DNA of 64,000 nucleotides, from assembly GCA_001643675.2 (NCBI GenBank), contig LSRY02000033.1, forward strand, positions 744,001 to 808,000, given 5' to 3'. Below the pieces are notes generated by a model that had not been told where the DNA came from, searched no databases, and saw nothing but the letters and a program-made list of their open reading frames with translations. Below, in pieces: positions 1 through 12,300 of the stretch. Source of the DNA: Monocercomonoides exilis PA203. Its lineage: Eukaryota; Protista; Preaxostyla. Made by a program: the position numbers and the translations under genes. Position 1 is the stretch's first letter; each line of letters opens with the position of its first letter.

Positions 1-3000
1 GATGATGAAGACGAAGCAATTCTGCTGGAGATCACAGCAGGCACTTTGAAGGCAGCGAGAACAAGAGCTGATCAGAGGCAGAAAACAGAAGGAGCAGGAC
101 ACTTCAGCTCAGAATATCATTCAGTGGGGATATTTTCTCGTTGGTCACTGCCATCTGTGAAAGATTTCCTGCTGGATGTGACTGAAATGCGGATTGAAGA
201 GAAGGAGAACGAAGGCAGCAAACAGCCAGAGGCAAGCCAGTCATCATTGAAAGACCCATCTTCTGGCGGAGAGCGCATCAGCCGTTCAACTATTGCTGTT
301 GATGTTGCACAGCCAAATCCTGATCCAAAGCCAGCGTCGATTGGCTCCCTGACCGTTGACGAGTTTGAGAAGATGGGCATCCCAAGACTAAACGAGGGCT
401 CTTTCTATGCAGCACGATTTTTCGTGCCGATTCTTGTGGTGATTGTTATGTCCTGTCAGAAGTTCGGTGTTTTGTTCTTTGCCGCCTTTGTTGTGTGCCT
501 CGTATTCATCCAAATGGGCAACGAGCTTATTCTGCACCCAGCTCTCTGGGCTGCTCCTCTCCTTGTTGTTGTGCTTCTTTTCTTCTTCCCTCTCTTTATT
601 GCTCCCTTGCTCGAGATCTTTTCTGCGCTGAAGTATCAACCAGGAATACTCAGCACCGCTCAAATCCTGGTTGTATTCTATCGTCTCGCTTTCAATTCTT
701 CCTTCCGCCTTGATACAGCCACAAAGAAGATCACTCAGCTGTCAGAGATCCAGAGGGTGATTGTGATGAATCTGGCAAAGCACAAAGCTGTGCTCCACTT
801 TCTTGCATTTTTCAGTGTGCTTCTGATGGCTCGTACAATTCATCGTGTGCCAGCAGTTTCGCTTCTGAGGAGGATTGTGGAAGAGCGAGAACTGCAGCTG
901 AAAAGGAGGTATTCTGTGTTGGGAAGAGAGCGAACTAAGGTGCTGAAAAGAAGGAGCAAAGCAGATGCAGATGAGAAAAAGTACGATGTGATGGAGGATG
1001 CACTGTTTTTAAGGTCACAAAAGATGAACGGTTCAGCAAGCCAATCAACATTCTCTGCATCTTCTGCTCATTCAACACCTTCTTCAAGACCCTTAGCGAC
1101 AAATGCAGCGATTGGAACGTATTCTCCTAACAGCAATTACAACTTCAACGATACACTGAAGAGAGCAATTAGAGCATCACGGCGTCAAATCGAGGAAGAA
1201 GCACGCAAAAACGCGGAGATGAATAAGCTGCATGTTGCCGAAGTGGAACAAACATTCATTGAAAATGATTACACCATCCCGCCAAAGGAGTTTTTGCTGA
1301 CGAAGCCATGGAACAGCTTCAAGGCATCTGTTGCTAGAATGTTCTTTACAGGCAAAGAACAACGAGAAGACATGGTGTTCAGCGAAGAGGAGCTGAACAA
1401 TGCTCCACAATTCACAATCAAAGGAGATAAGATCACTGCTTCGCAATTTGGTGCTGCAAGCGGCTCAACAATGCAATTAACATCTTCAATGCGTGCTACA
1501 CCTGCTCCTCTTCTGTCTCCATCTCCATCTCCTTCTCCTTCTCCTTCTCCAACTTCAGATGATGGCTCTTCGAATTCAATGACTTTTCCAAAAATATCTA
1601 CAGTCATCGTTTGGATTGGAATGAAGAACATCTTTTGGGGTGTGTTGTCATTTCTGGAGAGTTATGTGGATTGGCTCATTCTTTTGACATGCATATGCTT
1701 CTTCTCTATGCTGGGTTATGCCTTTGCACCCTTCTTTATTGTTGCATTGAGCACAACATCATTCTTCTGCCTCACTCCATATCCATTTATGTGGCACTTC
1801 TCTGTGATTGCATTCGATGCAGGTGTTGTCATTTTGGGTGTAGTCCAACTGATTAATGGAGATGCTTTCAACCAGCTGTGGATGGTCCTTCCTCCGTTCA
1901 TTGCTTTGTTCCTGATCCACTTTGTGAAAGAAGCCAATGGTCTGTTCTATGTTTCTCCGATGCGAGCATTCTCACATGTGTATGGAGTTGACTTAAACAG
2001 ATATCTGAAAGAAAAAGCAGAGCAGAAAAGGAAGAAGAAGGAAGAGAAAGAGCGAGAAAAGGCGTACAAAACACAGATGAATTCATCTACTGGTGTTAAT
2101 GCTTCAAAAATGCGTGCTTCAACCAAAACATCCTCCTCTTTAGTGGGAAATGAATCAAACATTCAAATGCCTGGATCAACACCATCTCCAGAAGAAGATG
2201 AACCAGACACCACTTCACTCAAAGGAAGGATATCTCTCTATTTTATGACTGCGCTTTCAGCAAAGTGCAAGTTGGGTGTGGGCTTCCAAGTGGCCAAGCT
2301 TCTTCTGGAATTATTGTCTATCGTTATTCTTCTCCTCTTCCCTTCGATGTTTACTCCACACTCTATCATCTCCGACAGCAAACCTCTTTCTTCACTTCTG
2401 AATGGAAACTTCCCTGCACTTGTGGTCATACTGCTTCTTGCGCACATCGTGATATGTGCGTTTGAGAGAGGGTGTTATGTCTCCCGCTCTCTCAGTTTCC
2501 GCGCACTTGGCACTCTTGCGGAGGCTCTTATTTTCATGTTAACGTATTTGTTCTTCTCCATCAACAACTTTGACTACTCTTCGGCTCGCCCCAATTCAGC
2601 TCGCGAATCTAGTGGGCTGTCGTTTGCTTTTTCGTTGTATTTCATCATCCGCGTTGTATCTCTGTGGCTTTCTGCACAGCAGGTGTCGCATGGATATCCC
2701 TTCGAGTCCACATCGCATATCGTTGATGGTCCAGAGTCTACTGGAACTGTCAACAAGCTTGGCTCCACAATTATCAACATTATTCCATTTGTGAGGGAGG
2801 TTTGTCTAGTGATTGATTGGTGTGTTACAGACACATCGCTGTCTTTGATGGAGTACGCACGTCTGGAAGATGCATATTCCGTGCTGTATTCCAGAAAGTG
2901 CAAACTTGCAGCGGACAAAGAAACAGAAAAATCGAACGAAGAGAAGTGGAGAAAACAACAAATGAAAAACGTTCCAAAGGAGCAGATGAAAGGCACCTTT

Positions 3001-4536
3001 GAACCAGAGAAATTTACTTTGAGTCCACCGCCTTCTTCATTTGTGGGAGAAGCAGTTTCAAAAGTTGTTCGACTGGCAATCGGCTTTGGCATTGTGATAG
3101 GTGTCATCGCTCTCATTTGGGTTCCACTTGCGCTTTTCTCTGATTTGGGGATTGGAGTGACAGAGAATCCAGTTGAAAGCGGTCAGCTTGCTGTGACATT
3201 CCCGTCAGTTCCGCAGTTGTTCACAACATACACAGAGTCTGTTGCAAGATACACTGAAAATGATGTTGGAGAAAGCGGAATCGACCCTGCGCTTTTGACA
3301 CCCACAGAAAAGAAGAGTGTATATCGGATTGACTTCGCATCGTCGTCTGCAACGTATTTTGATCTAACTGCAACGGCAATGAAGGAGCTGAAGGAGAGGC
3401 TTTACAAGCGTGCAAAAGGTCCAGAGAAGGAAGATCCGATCAAAAAGAAGGAGAATGAAAAGAATTTTGCTGTTGAATTCAATTTTGCCGTTCGACGTGC
3501 GAATCAGATGAGCAATGAATCAATTCACATTGTCAATCGACACTCGCTCAGCAAAGAAGAAACATTTTGTTTGTATCGGCTGTTGGAGTATCCATCGCCA
3601 ACACCAATATGTTCTTTATCTCTTCCTATCCACAGAGTGTATATGCTTACTCCACAGGATACAGCAGTTCCAATTAACCTCAAAAATGGTGGTGACACAA
3701 TATCTCTTAATTTGGGTTATCTTGAGGAGGAAGAAAACGATTGGATTGCAGGTGCAAATGCAGATATGGAAAATTCGGAGTATTTGAATGAAAGCATACA
3801 CAACACTTTCCATTCTTCATCTTCATCCAAAGTGAAGCGTTCCAATGCCGGAACAGGACGTTACTTCTTCTCTTTATCTCCAGCCATTGATTTGAAAGTC
3901 ATTGCACAACCAACTCCACAGAAGCTGCTGTCTTCTCGTGGTCTGATGGGTATCTACTTGACGTATGTTCTGTTGGTGTCAAGTTCTCTCCTCCGACCTG
4001 CTTTGTCTGGCTTTACATCCTCCTTGCTCCATACGCAGTTGGGTTGTGTTGATGGACTTCTTGAGTTTTGTGCCTCGATCTTCAGAAAGAGAAGAAAAGG
4101 GCAGTTGAGAGAAGAAAACGTGATGTATCATGTTCTTGTTGAGATACTCAGGAATCCTCTGCTTCTTCTTGCAATTACGGAGCCATCGTCTCGTCCGAAG
4201 TGGATGGAAGTGCTGGCTGAAGTGGAGGACGAAGAAGGAGTTCAGGGAAGCCAAAATGGAAGGAGACGTCGTGGCAACAATCTTGACGATGGAGAAGACG
4301 ATGATGGTGACGACGACAATGACAACTTCGGATTCTATGGTGGAGTAGAAGAACATTTTGAAAATGAGAAAAAGAATGTGAATGGAAGCACTTTCCACGG
4401 AATCAAATCCGAAGAGGAAGAGACACAAAACGTTACAAAAAGGAATGACATTGTAGCAGAAAAAGCAGAACAAAAGGAGACTCAAATCCTTCCACAAACT
4501 CTTTCGGAAGAAATCGAAGCAAAAAAGACTGAATAG
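1..4536 (+). CDS. PIEZO: Piezo-family mechanosensitive channel, C-terminal part (open at the window's 5' edge)
   Basis: Frame 1 is open from base 1 and has many TM segments. It carries the Piezo anchor signature PF(x2)E(x6)W (IPFVREVCLVIDWCVTDTSLSL, 2785-2820), the outer helix (GFGIVIGVIALIWVPLALFS), a cap domain, the inner helix (GLMGIYLTYVLLV) and the CTD (EENVMYHVLVEILRNP). Confidence 0.9.
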   Translation, partial: DDEDEAILLEITAGTLKAARTRADQRQKTEGAGHFSSEYHSVGIFSRWSLPSVKDFLLDVTEMRIEEKENEGSKQPEASQSSLKDPSSGGERISRSTIAVDVAQPNPDPKPASIGSLTVDEFEKMGIPRLNEGSFYAARFFVPILVVIVMSCQKFGVLFFAAFVVCLVFIQMGNELILHPALWAAPLLVVVLLFFFPLFIAPLLEIFSALKYQPGILSTAQILVVFYRLAFNSSFRLDTATKKITQLSEIQRVIVMNLAKHKAVLHFLAFFSVLLMARTIHRVPAVSLLRRIVEERELQLKRRYSVLGRERTKVLKRRSKADADEKKYDVMEDALFLRSQKMNGSASQSTFSASSAHSTPSSRPLATNAAIGTYSPNSNYNFNDTLKRAIRASRRQIEEEARKNAEMNKLHVAEVEQTFIENDYTIPPKEFLLTKPWNSFKASVARMFFTGKEQREDMVFSEEELNNAPQFTIKGDKITASQFGAASGSTMQLTSSMRATPAPLLSPSPSPSPSPSPTSDDGSSNSMTFPKISTVIVWIGMKNIFWGVLSFLESYVDWLILLTCICFFSMLGYAFAPFFIVALSTTSFFCLTPYPFMWHFSVIAFDAGVVILGVVQLINGDAFNQLWMVLPPFIALFLIHFVKEANGLFYVSPMRAFSHVYGVDLNRYLKEKAEQKRKKKEEKEREKAYKTQMNSSTGVNASKMRASTKTSSSLVGNESNIQMPGSTPSPEEDEPDTTSLKGRISLYFMTALSAKCKLGVGFQVAKLLLELLSIVILLLFPSMFTPHSIISDSKPLSSLLNGNFPALVVILLLAHIVICAFERGCYVSRSLSFRALGTLAEALIFMLTYLFFSINNFDYSSARPNSARESSGLSFAFSLYFIIRVVSLWLSAQQVSHGYPFESTSHIVDGPESTGTVNKLGSTIINIIPFVREVCLVIDWCVTDTSLSLMEYARLEDAYSVLYSRKCKLAADKETEKSNEEKWRKQQMKNVPKEQMKGTFEPEKFTLSPPPSSFVGEAVSKVVRLAIGFGIVIGVIALIWVPLALFSDLGIGVTENPVESGQLAVTFPSVPQLFTTYTESVARYTENDVGESGIDPALLTPTEKKSVYRIDFASSSATYFDLTATAMKELKERLYKRAKGPEKEDPIKKKENEKNFAVEFNFAVRRANQMSNESIHIVNRHSLSKEETFCLYRLLEYPSPTPICSLSLPIHRVYMLTPQDTAVPINLKNGGDTISLNLGYLEEEENDWIAGANADMENSEYLNESIHNTFHSSSSSKVKRSNAGTGRYFFSLSPAIDLKVIAQPTPQKLLSSRGLMGIYLTYVLLVSSSLLRPALSGFTSSLLHTQLGCVDGLLEFCASIFRKRRKGQLREENVMYHVLVEILRNPLLLLAITEPSSRPKWMEVLAEVEDEEGVQGSQNGRRRRGNNLDDGEDDDGDDDNDNFGFYGGVEEHFENEKKNVNGSTFHGIKSEEEETQNVTKRNDIVAEKAEQKETQILPQTLSEEIEAKKTE

Positions 4537-4862
4537 GTTTTGATGAGTGTGTTATTGTTTTTATAACCAGAATTGGTTGATTATCCTCTTTTCATAATTA
4601 TTTAAAAATTGTTCGTGTGAATTATTTTGTTCTTGCTATGTTTTTGTTCTATTTCTTTTTATTTTATTTTATTTTAATTATTGTTAGTTTAAAAATCTGT
4701 ATGAAAAAAAAAAAACGAGGTTTATAAATAAATATTTCTTTTTTTTCCAAGAAAGATTTTTTAAAAAAACAAAGATTATTGGCAAATATTGTAATCTTAC
4801 ATACGAATAGCGATCGTGAAGTGATATATAACACTGTTAAAAATTCACATAGCAATAATTCA

Positions 4863-7800
4863 TCATCCGATAGGTTCAATATCATCATCAATCAAAGAAG
4901 GAATTGCAACATATGACTGATGAAATGAACGAGAATCTTCATCTGTCTGTTTACGTTCTATTGGAATATCAGTAAGTCCGATATCTTCTCCTTCATCCTC
5001 CTCATCCTCATCAAACATGAAGGATGACCTTTTCGTTGTTGCCCATTTGACAACATGAAGAATAGAAGACAACGGAACATATGTTCGAGTTGCAGCCCCA
5101 CGACATACGGATGATAGAGGCAAAGATGGAAGAGCAGGATTCCAGAAAGAACAACTCATGCATCGGGTTGAGAGGAATTTCAGCGATTGCGCAGAAAAAA
5201 GTGAAGAAAACGCAACTTTTGATACGATTGGCGCTTTTAGTTGTTCAATCTTGTTTACAGGTGGAGGTGCGACTTTTGGCAGAAGCTTGGCTGCTTCTGC
5301 CTTTGCATTCAACTTTTGCTCTCTCATTTTCTGGCCAAGTCTTGTTATTTTACTGATGACTGAATTCTTTTGCTGCGACAGAGCAGGCAATGGAGCTGTC
5401 GAAGAGCCAATTTGAGTAGAGGAAACATTCAAATTCTGAGAAAAGGATGAAGGAGTGTTTGTATTCATCGCTCTTTGTGTAAAAATTGGCTGGGATTTCT
5501 TTGGAGAGGATGGCGGTGACCGGATGGGAGATGATAAGAAAGCAGATTGAGAAAAAGTGTTGTGAATTTGAGTATATTTCATAGGATGAGTCTCTTGTGC
5601 TGTTTGTGGAGGAACAAAAAGTGTGAATTCAACGTTTGGGATGAGTGAGAAGAGAGACAAAAACGGAAGTATGTCTGTCATAAACTCCTTTGAAAGGGAA
5701 CTTGTTGGATGCAACTCTCCAAATGACACACTCACATCTGTGCTAAGAGTGTTGAATGAAAATGATTGCATCTCGTAATGTTTAGAAGACGGAGAGAATC
5801 GCTGGACAACAGAAGTCCTTGTCATTGGAGCACTGTTGGCTGCAGCAAGTGCCACTATTTCCTGCTTGTACTCCTTCAACTCATTCGCAGCATGGAAAAA
5901 TTGAGGCTTGTTCAGCGGCTGCAATGCAGTGAAAGAAGAATTCGATGAATGAACGGGATCACCTGATGTATTCAGCAGAAGACGCTTTTGGTTTTTTCTG
6001 CGCCCACAAACACAGCCCCATCCCAAGAGGATAAGCGGAAGAGCTGCAATTGCATGGGATAGTGAATATGAAAGAGAAGAGGCGACAGATGTGTTAGAAG
6101 GAGAAAGAGAGGATGACGTGTATGAAGTGACTGTCAAGCTGTCTGCCAGAAGCAGTGTGTCTGAAAGAAGATGTGTGAACACTCCGAACTCGGCAGTCGT
6201 TGCAGAAGAAGGGCTGCTCATGTACTCTTCAAAGAAGGACGAATGAAATGGCAAAAATGAAGTGCTGTTGTTGAATGTGAAAGGTTGACATGAGAAGGAA
6301 GATGAATACGATGATGTGGATTTATACGACGCAATGGTTGAGTTGTGAGATGTGTTGAATGAAGTGGCAGGTGCTGATGTGGTGATAGGCTGATACAAAG
6401 GATAGTGCTCGTGAATGAACAACGCAAATGACTGAAATGTGACAGAGCTGGAGAGAAGATTCTGATACACATCAATCGTCTGCACCGGTTGAGAAGCACT
6501 GTCAGATAGAGGAATCGATATTTCAGATGCACCAGAATCAAACGAAAGAAGATTAGAAAAGGATTCATTGAAGTGAAACGAGCTTTCAAGTTCCTTGACT
6601 CTTTGCTGGGCTGCCTTCCAATCGTCTTCATCATCCAAAGTGAAATTGGCCTCATACCATTCTTTCATTCCCTTTGATGAAAACTCTCTTTTCCTGTCAG
6701 ATGCTTCATGGCTCAGCTGATGAAAAGGATAAAGCAGTTCGTGTTTCCATTCATTTTTATGAGAGCAAAAATTCAGCTGCGAGTTCTGTCCAGTCATCTG
6801 AGTTGCTTTGAATGCTGCTTCCACTTCGGCTGCAAGAAGATCGTCGAATTCGTCTTCAAACTTAAATTCCTCCTTTTCTGACTGATGTGGAGAAAACCTC
6901 ATTCCAACACTTGCAATCTTGCTGTCTTTGAATGAGACATCAGAACTTTGCTTGGAAGGCTTTTTGGCTGTTTTTGTTCTCTTTGTTTGTCTATTTTCTT
7001 TGGATGCTGAGCTTTTCGATGGAGAATCTTGCGGTTTATTCTTTGATTGTGTTGTTTTTGAATCTTCTTCAGTTTTGTTCGCGAGAAATCTTGCAACCAA
7101 ATGAAACAGCTCAACAGATGAGTCTTTGCCCACAATCGACCGAAGAGAAGATGAGATTGAAGACGTGCTGCTTTCTGACTTGGAAAAAAGCGCATCTTTC
7201 AGCCGAGATGACAGAAAGGATGAAGAAATCTGTTGTTGTTGAGGTGCCGACCGAGACATTGAATGAAGAAAAGAAGGCTGAGTCAACGAAGATGGCAGTT
7301 GGGTTTGCGGAAGATATGTCAATGAATCCTCTTTCGGAGGTGTGTTTGCAAGTGCAGAAGAAGAAGAAAATGATGAGGATGATGATATTGGAGACTTCTT
7401 TTGATTTGGAGGTGTGAGAGTGACAGTTTTAGGCGAAAATGAAAGCATAGAAGCAGAAACTGCCACTGGAGAATGAGACAAAGTCGATTTAAGTGGAGAG
7501 TGTGTTGCATTGACAGAGCCAGTTGGTGATTTAGTTGATGAATGAGAAGAAGGTGAAGAAGAGAGAGAAGAAGAAGAAGAAGATGATGATGATGATAAAG
7601 TGGCTGTCTGACTTCCTTCAGAGTAAAGTCCCATCAGCCGAACATTCCATCCGCCTTTCATAAGCTCTGAAAGGGACATCACACTCTTTTTGCTCTGTTT
7701 TTGATTCGAAGGAGAAGACGATGCTGAATTGCTCTTTTGGGAATTTGATGTGAATGACTTTGAAAATGAGACAGAAGGAGGAGATGACGAGGCAGATTTT

Positions 7801-9023
7801 GCTGATTTGTTCCTGGCAGATGGCGAAGGCTGTGCAGGGAATGAAATCAAACAAGGAGATGGAGGAGGAGACAGCGATATTTCAGACGACGCACTTTTTT
7901 TGGAAGCCTCATCCAATTTTTTTGCTTCTTTCATAGAATTTTCTGTTTCAAGTGATTTTTTGATTGCTTTTATATATTCTTGTTCTCCTTCATTTTGCTT
8001 GCTCCTTTCTGCAGATGATCTTTCTATTGCTTCCCACACAGAAAGCGCGTTAAGTGCATTTCTGATGTCACCTCCAGCAGCATCAACGATAAGAGAGACA
8101 ACATCAGAAGACGGTTTTGTAGAAATGTTGGCTTTGATGTGCTCTGCATTCGCCTTTTCTACAATTCTTTTCATCAAAGTTGGGGCGACTTCATTAAACC
8201 TGTAAGAAATAAATGTTATGGAATGGTAATAGTTAAGAATAACAGATAATCAAATAACACAACTTTATCAAGCGGAAAAAATTTCTTTGCCCCTTCAATT
8301 TTGAGATTAAAAAATCATCTTCGGTTGTTGAACGTGTTGTAGTCAGAATGAGAACAAGTCCAATAGTTGAATTTGGCGAAGCTTCTATAAATGAACTTTG
8401 CTGATAGGAGCATGAAAAAGCTTCAAGTTCAGAAATAAACTTTCGTTGATCTTGAAGAGAAGAAAAAAGTGGAAGTCCGTCTATCAAGAGCATTGATCTT
8501 TCATCATTTCGCGCAGTTAAAGAAGCCTTATGAGAATGCTTTGGACGACTCATTGAATTTGTTGAAGAATTTGACGATAATGGAGAATCATCGTCAAAAG
8601 AAATGTCAAGAGAAGAATAACTAAAATTTCAAGAAAAAGGAAAAAAATAATTTAACATTTCCAATAAAACATATTACTCATCACAAAAATAGAAAAATAC
8701 CGTTTTCCTTGAAAAAGAAACTCGTGAATTCGTTGAATCTTTGATGAATAAAGAGAAGTGAACTCATCGTATGGTTCGTTATGTTGGACACCCGAAGAAA
8801 CATCTTCCCATTCACGTATAGATATGTTAAATGTTTTGCAAAGAGCACGAATACAACAAGTTTTCCCAGAGCCAGTTGGACCATAAACAACAAGAATGCC
8901 TTCTGGACGAGCCAAACTACGCTTTTCCAGAACACTAATTTGTTGTTGAAACCAACTTTTAACTTCTAACACTTTTTTCTTATGTATATCTAAATCCTCC
9001 TCATTTATCACTCTATCATTCAT
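4863..9023 (-). CDS. RAD17: Checkpoint clamp loader Rad17/Rad24; complement(join(4863..8199,8261..8620,8701..9023))
   Basis: N-terminal DLDIHKKKVLEVKSW, Walker A GPTGSGKT, a KYxxL-like RYSSL formed across intron 1, LFNEVAPTLMKR formed across intron 2, GGDIRNALNAL, KDSSVELFHLVARFL and an acidic DDDIE tail. Both GT-AG introns (80 and 61 nt) keep frame. Confidence 0.85.
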
Positions 9024-9301
9024 TTCAGATCTATTATTCCCTTTCAATTTTTGAAATCAAATGGTTTTTCAAAAAATGAAAAATTGCAGAAATGAAAGAG
9101 AAATATAATATTAACAATGATTTGAAAGTTTGCAATATGAATTTTTATAAATTATCGACCATAATGAGAAAGCAAACAAATTTTTAAATTGCTATTCTCT
9201 GAATAAATTTTGGATAAGTCAAAAAGTTAAAATTGCACACTGTTTAATTTTTATTAGTTTCTTTCTTTTTTATATCGTAAGTTATTTTTCTATCTTTTTA
9301 G

Positions 9302-12300
9302 ATGTCATCTCCGATAATTAATCAACTTCTTCAAACAAAACAGGAAGGATATTCACGATTACATCAAGATCCACATTCTCCACTGCAACCTTCTATTTCT
9401 CTTCAGCCAAATACGTTTCAAGCTGAAAGGACGCAAAATGAACAAGATTTCAAAATAAGAAACAGTAAATCTCTCCTTGGAAGAGTCGGACAATTTCTGG
9501 AACAACGAAGACAACTTGAAGAAAAAAATCGTCCTGGAGGTACTTGTGAACATTTGTTACCAAATATCATTTTGGCTTCGATTGAAAACAGCGAAAAAGA
9601 AGAAATACTTCAACCTGAAGAAATTGATCCATACACAGAAAAAAACTTGGTAAGCGACCAACTTTTAATTCGTAAGGATTCTTCTCATCCATTGGACACA
9701 CTTACGGAAAGAGACAGCGAAGAGCAAGAAATTGATGAAATTGAAAAAGCAAACAAAGACTCTCCACAAAAAAGATCAAAATCCCCTTTCAAAAATAGAA
9801 ATAAAAGGCCATTTCCAAGATTAGTGAAGCGTAAGAATAAACCAAAACGACAATTAAAGCCGTTTTTCGAACGTTTAAAAGATGATGAACACGTAAGAGA
9901 AGAAAAAATGAAAAGACTTCAACAAGAAGAAGAAGAAAAGAAACAAAAGGAAATTGAACAGTGTTCATTTAAGCCAACGATAAATGAAAATAAGAAAAAA
10001 GAACATTCACAAACATTGCATCAGAAAGAATTATTCGAAGATGAATCAACTATTCCAACACAGATGAATTTACAGCAGCTTCATCTTCCTTCAGGATTTA
10101 ATGGCATTCCATTCGGTTTTACGAATCCATCGTCAATGATTTTAAACTCATCCACTCAAAATACTCAATCAGTTACACAGCCAAATTCGATTCTTGGGCA
10201 CTCTCAAATGTCAACAACGGACACAGCCACAGTCCGTCAAAACGTGCCTCCTGAAGAAAGATTACTAAATTGGGGAAAGAAGCGAGACCAACGAAATGAA
10301 GAGCTGAAAAGACTTTTTGAAGAAAAAGAAATGGCAGAAGCGACTTTCACACCTGAAACTACACCATTGCCGCATCCAACAACACCTCGTTCTATATCAC
10401 ATGGAAGTACAAGAACAACGCCAATCAAAAACAGTTCAATGGATGAAAAATTTCAGAAACAGCAGCTGTCTGCAAGACTTACTGCGCGCTCAAGTTTTAA
10501 AGATGCTTCAGAAAAGAATGGAGAAGATGGAGCGATTAGTGCACAAAGTCAAAAAGAAAAAGAAACTAATGAAGAAGAATTCTCTGAAAACGAGGAAATT
10601 TCAGAGAATCATCGAGAAGAAACACAAAACAAAACAAAGAAGGCACAAGGCAAGCCCTCTTCAGTTGATGCCTATTTGCAGCTCAATCCATTTTTCCGAT
10701 TGACACACATTTCTCGTCCACGAGATGCTCAAACGCTGCTTCAAATGGAAGAAGAGGAAGAAATGAACAAATCAAAAGAAAGTGATGATAAAGCGAATTC
10801 TACAAAAGAAAAATCATTTCCCGATGAAAATGAGTTGAAAATCAAAAGGCTTCTCAATCAAGAAGTCAATAGCTCTCTTACAACATCAGTTTCATTCCCA
10901 ACTCCATCCAAGTCTCCCAACATAACAATGCAGACACCTTCTTGGCAGCATCCATTTGTTCCGCCGCTGCATCTCTCGCCTCAGCAAGGAAGCTCATTAA
11001 CATCTCCATCTTCGCGTTCTCTACAGGCTCAGCATCAATCATCTCTATCTAACACACCATTCACTAACACTGGTTCTGTTCCACAAAGGCGTCCAAATAA
11101 TCAGAATGTCTTTCAGCAGTCACAGCCACCTCAAACTCCCATGTCTTCCTCTCGTTCCATTTCATCCGCCACTTCAATGAAAACTCCTGTTCAGCTTATT
11201 TCTTCGCAATTCCCTCCTCTTTCTTCTGGATTGCCACAAATACCTCTTCTTTCGTCGAATTTATTCACTCTTTCGCTCTCTTCGAACACTCCATTCACGT
11301 CAGCTGCTTCTGTCTCTCCTTCTCACATGTCCACTCCAATACACCCGCCTCAATCTAATCAATTTTCCACATTGTTGACTCCTCAAACAGACCGTCCGCT
11401 TTTTTCGTTTGACGCATCTTCTGCTCCTCAGAATGACTTCAGTCAATCTATTCCTCAATCAACCACACCAACATATCAGCAGACAAATGCATCAGCTTGT
11501 TCATCTCGCAGCATGCGACCTCAGTCAGCCCGAAGAAGCACAAGAACAACACCCGAGCAGACAAACTCTCAAAGACGTGGGCAGATGTCATATCGCAGCT
11601 CAGCCATGACAACTCGAACAGCCTCATCCGCTTTGACAACACCCAAAATTAGTGTGCCAAAGAATGCTGCAAATGCACAGAATGAACAGAAGAATGGACC
11701 TCCAGCTTCGCCTGGATGTCGTCGCCCGCACACGGCATTTACATCTCCTTCGACTTATTCTCCATCTTTTGTTGCATTTTTGGAGAGGCAGGAAAAAGCA
11801 ATGAGACAGCTGCAGAAAAGGAAATATGGAGAAGAGTTGGCAAACATAAAAGAAAAAGAAAAAATGAAGAAGAAGAGGAAAGAAGAGAGAAGGAAGGAAA
11901 GGGCTGAATGGAGAGAGGAAAGAGAAAGAAGGTTGAAACTGTTTCAGAAACACGAAGAAAAAGAAAGAAGAAAGCAAGAAAAAATGGAGCAATTGAAAAA
12001 AAGACAGGAAGAACGAGATTCTACTCATTTGGATCCAGAACAACAGACTTCAGGGGAAGAAAAAGAAAAAGAAAAAGAGGACGAATACGGAAGCAATGAA
12101 TATGAAACAGATGATGAATCTGAGGAAGAGCTTCTGTCGCTTCTCACAGCAACTCCAGATTCGCTCCAGTCTTTGAGCGAAGAGTCGAGTCTTTCTTCGA
12201 CCATTCTAAATGAATATGACAATGAAGACGATTCAGACAGCAGGATGTGGCGCTCACAACGCTCAGTGTCGACAAGGCGAATGAGCAACAGCCAGAAAAG

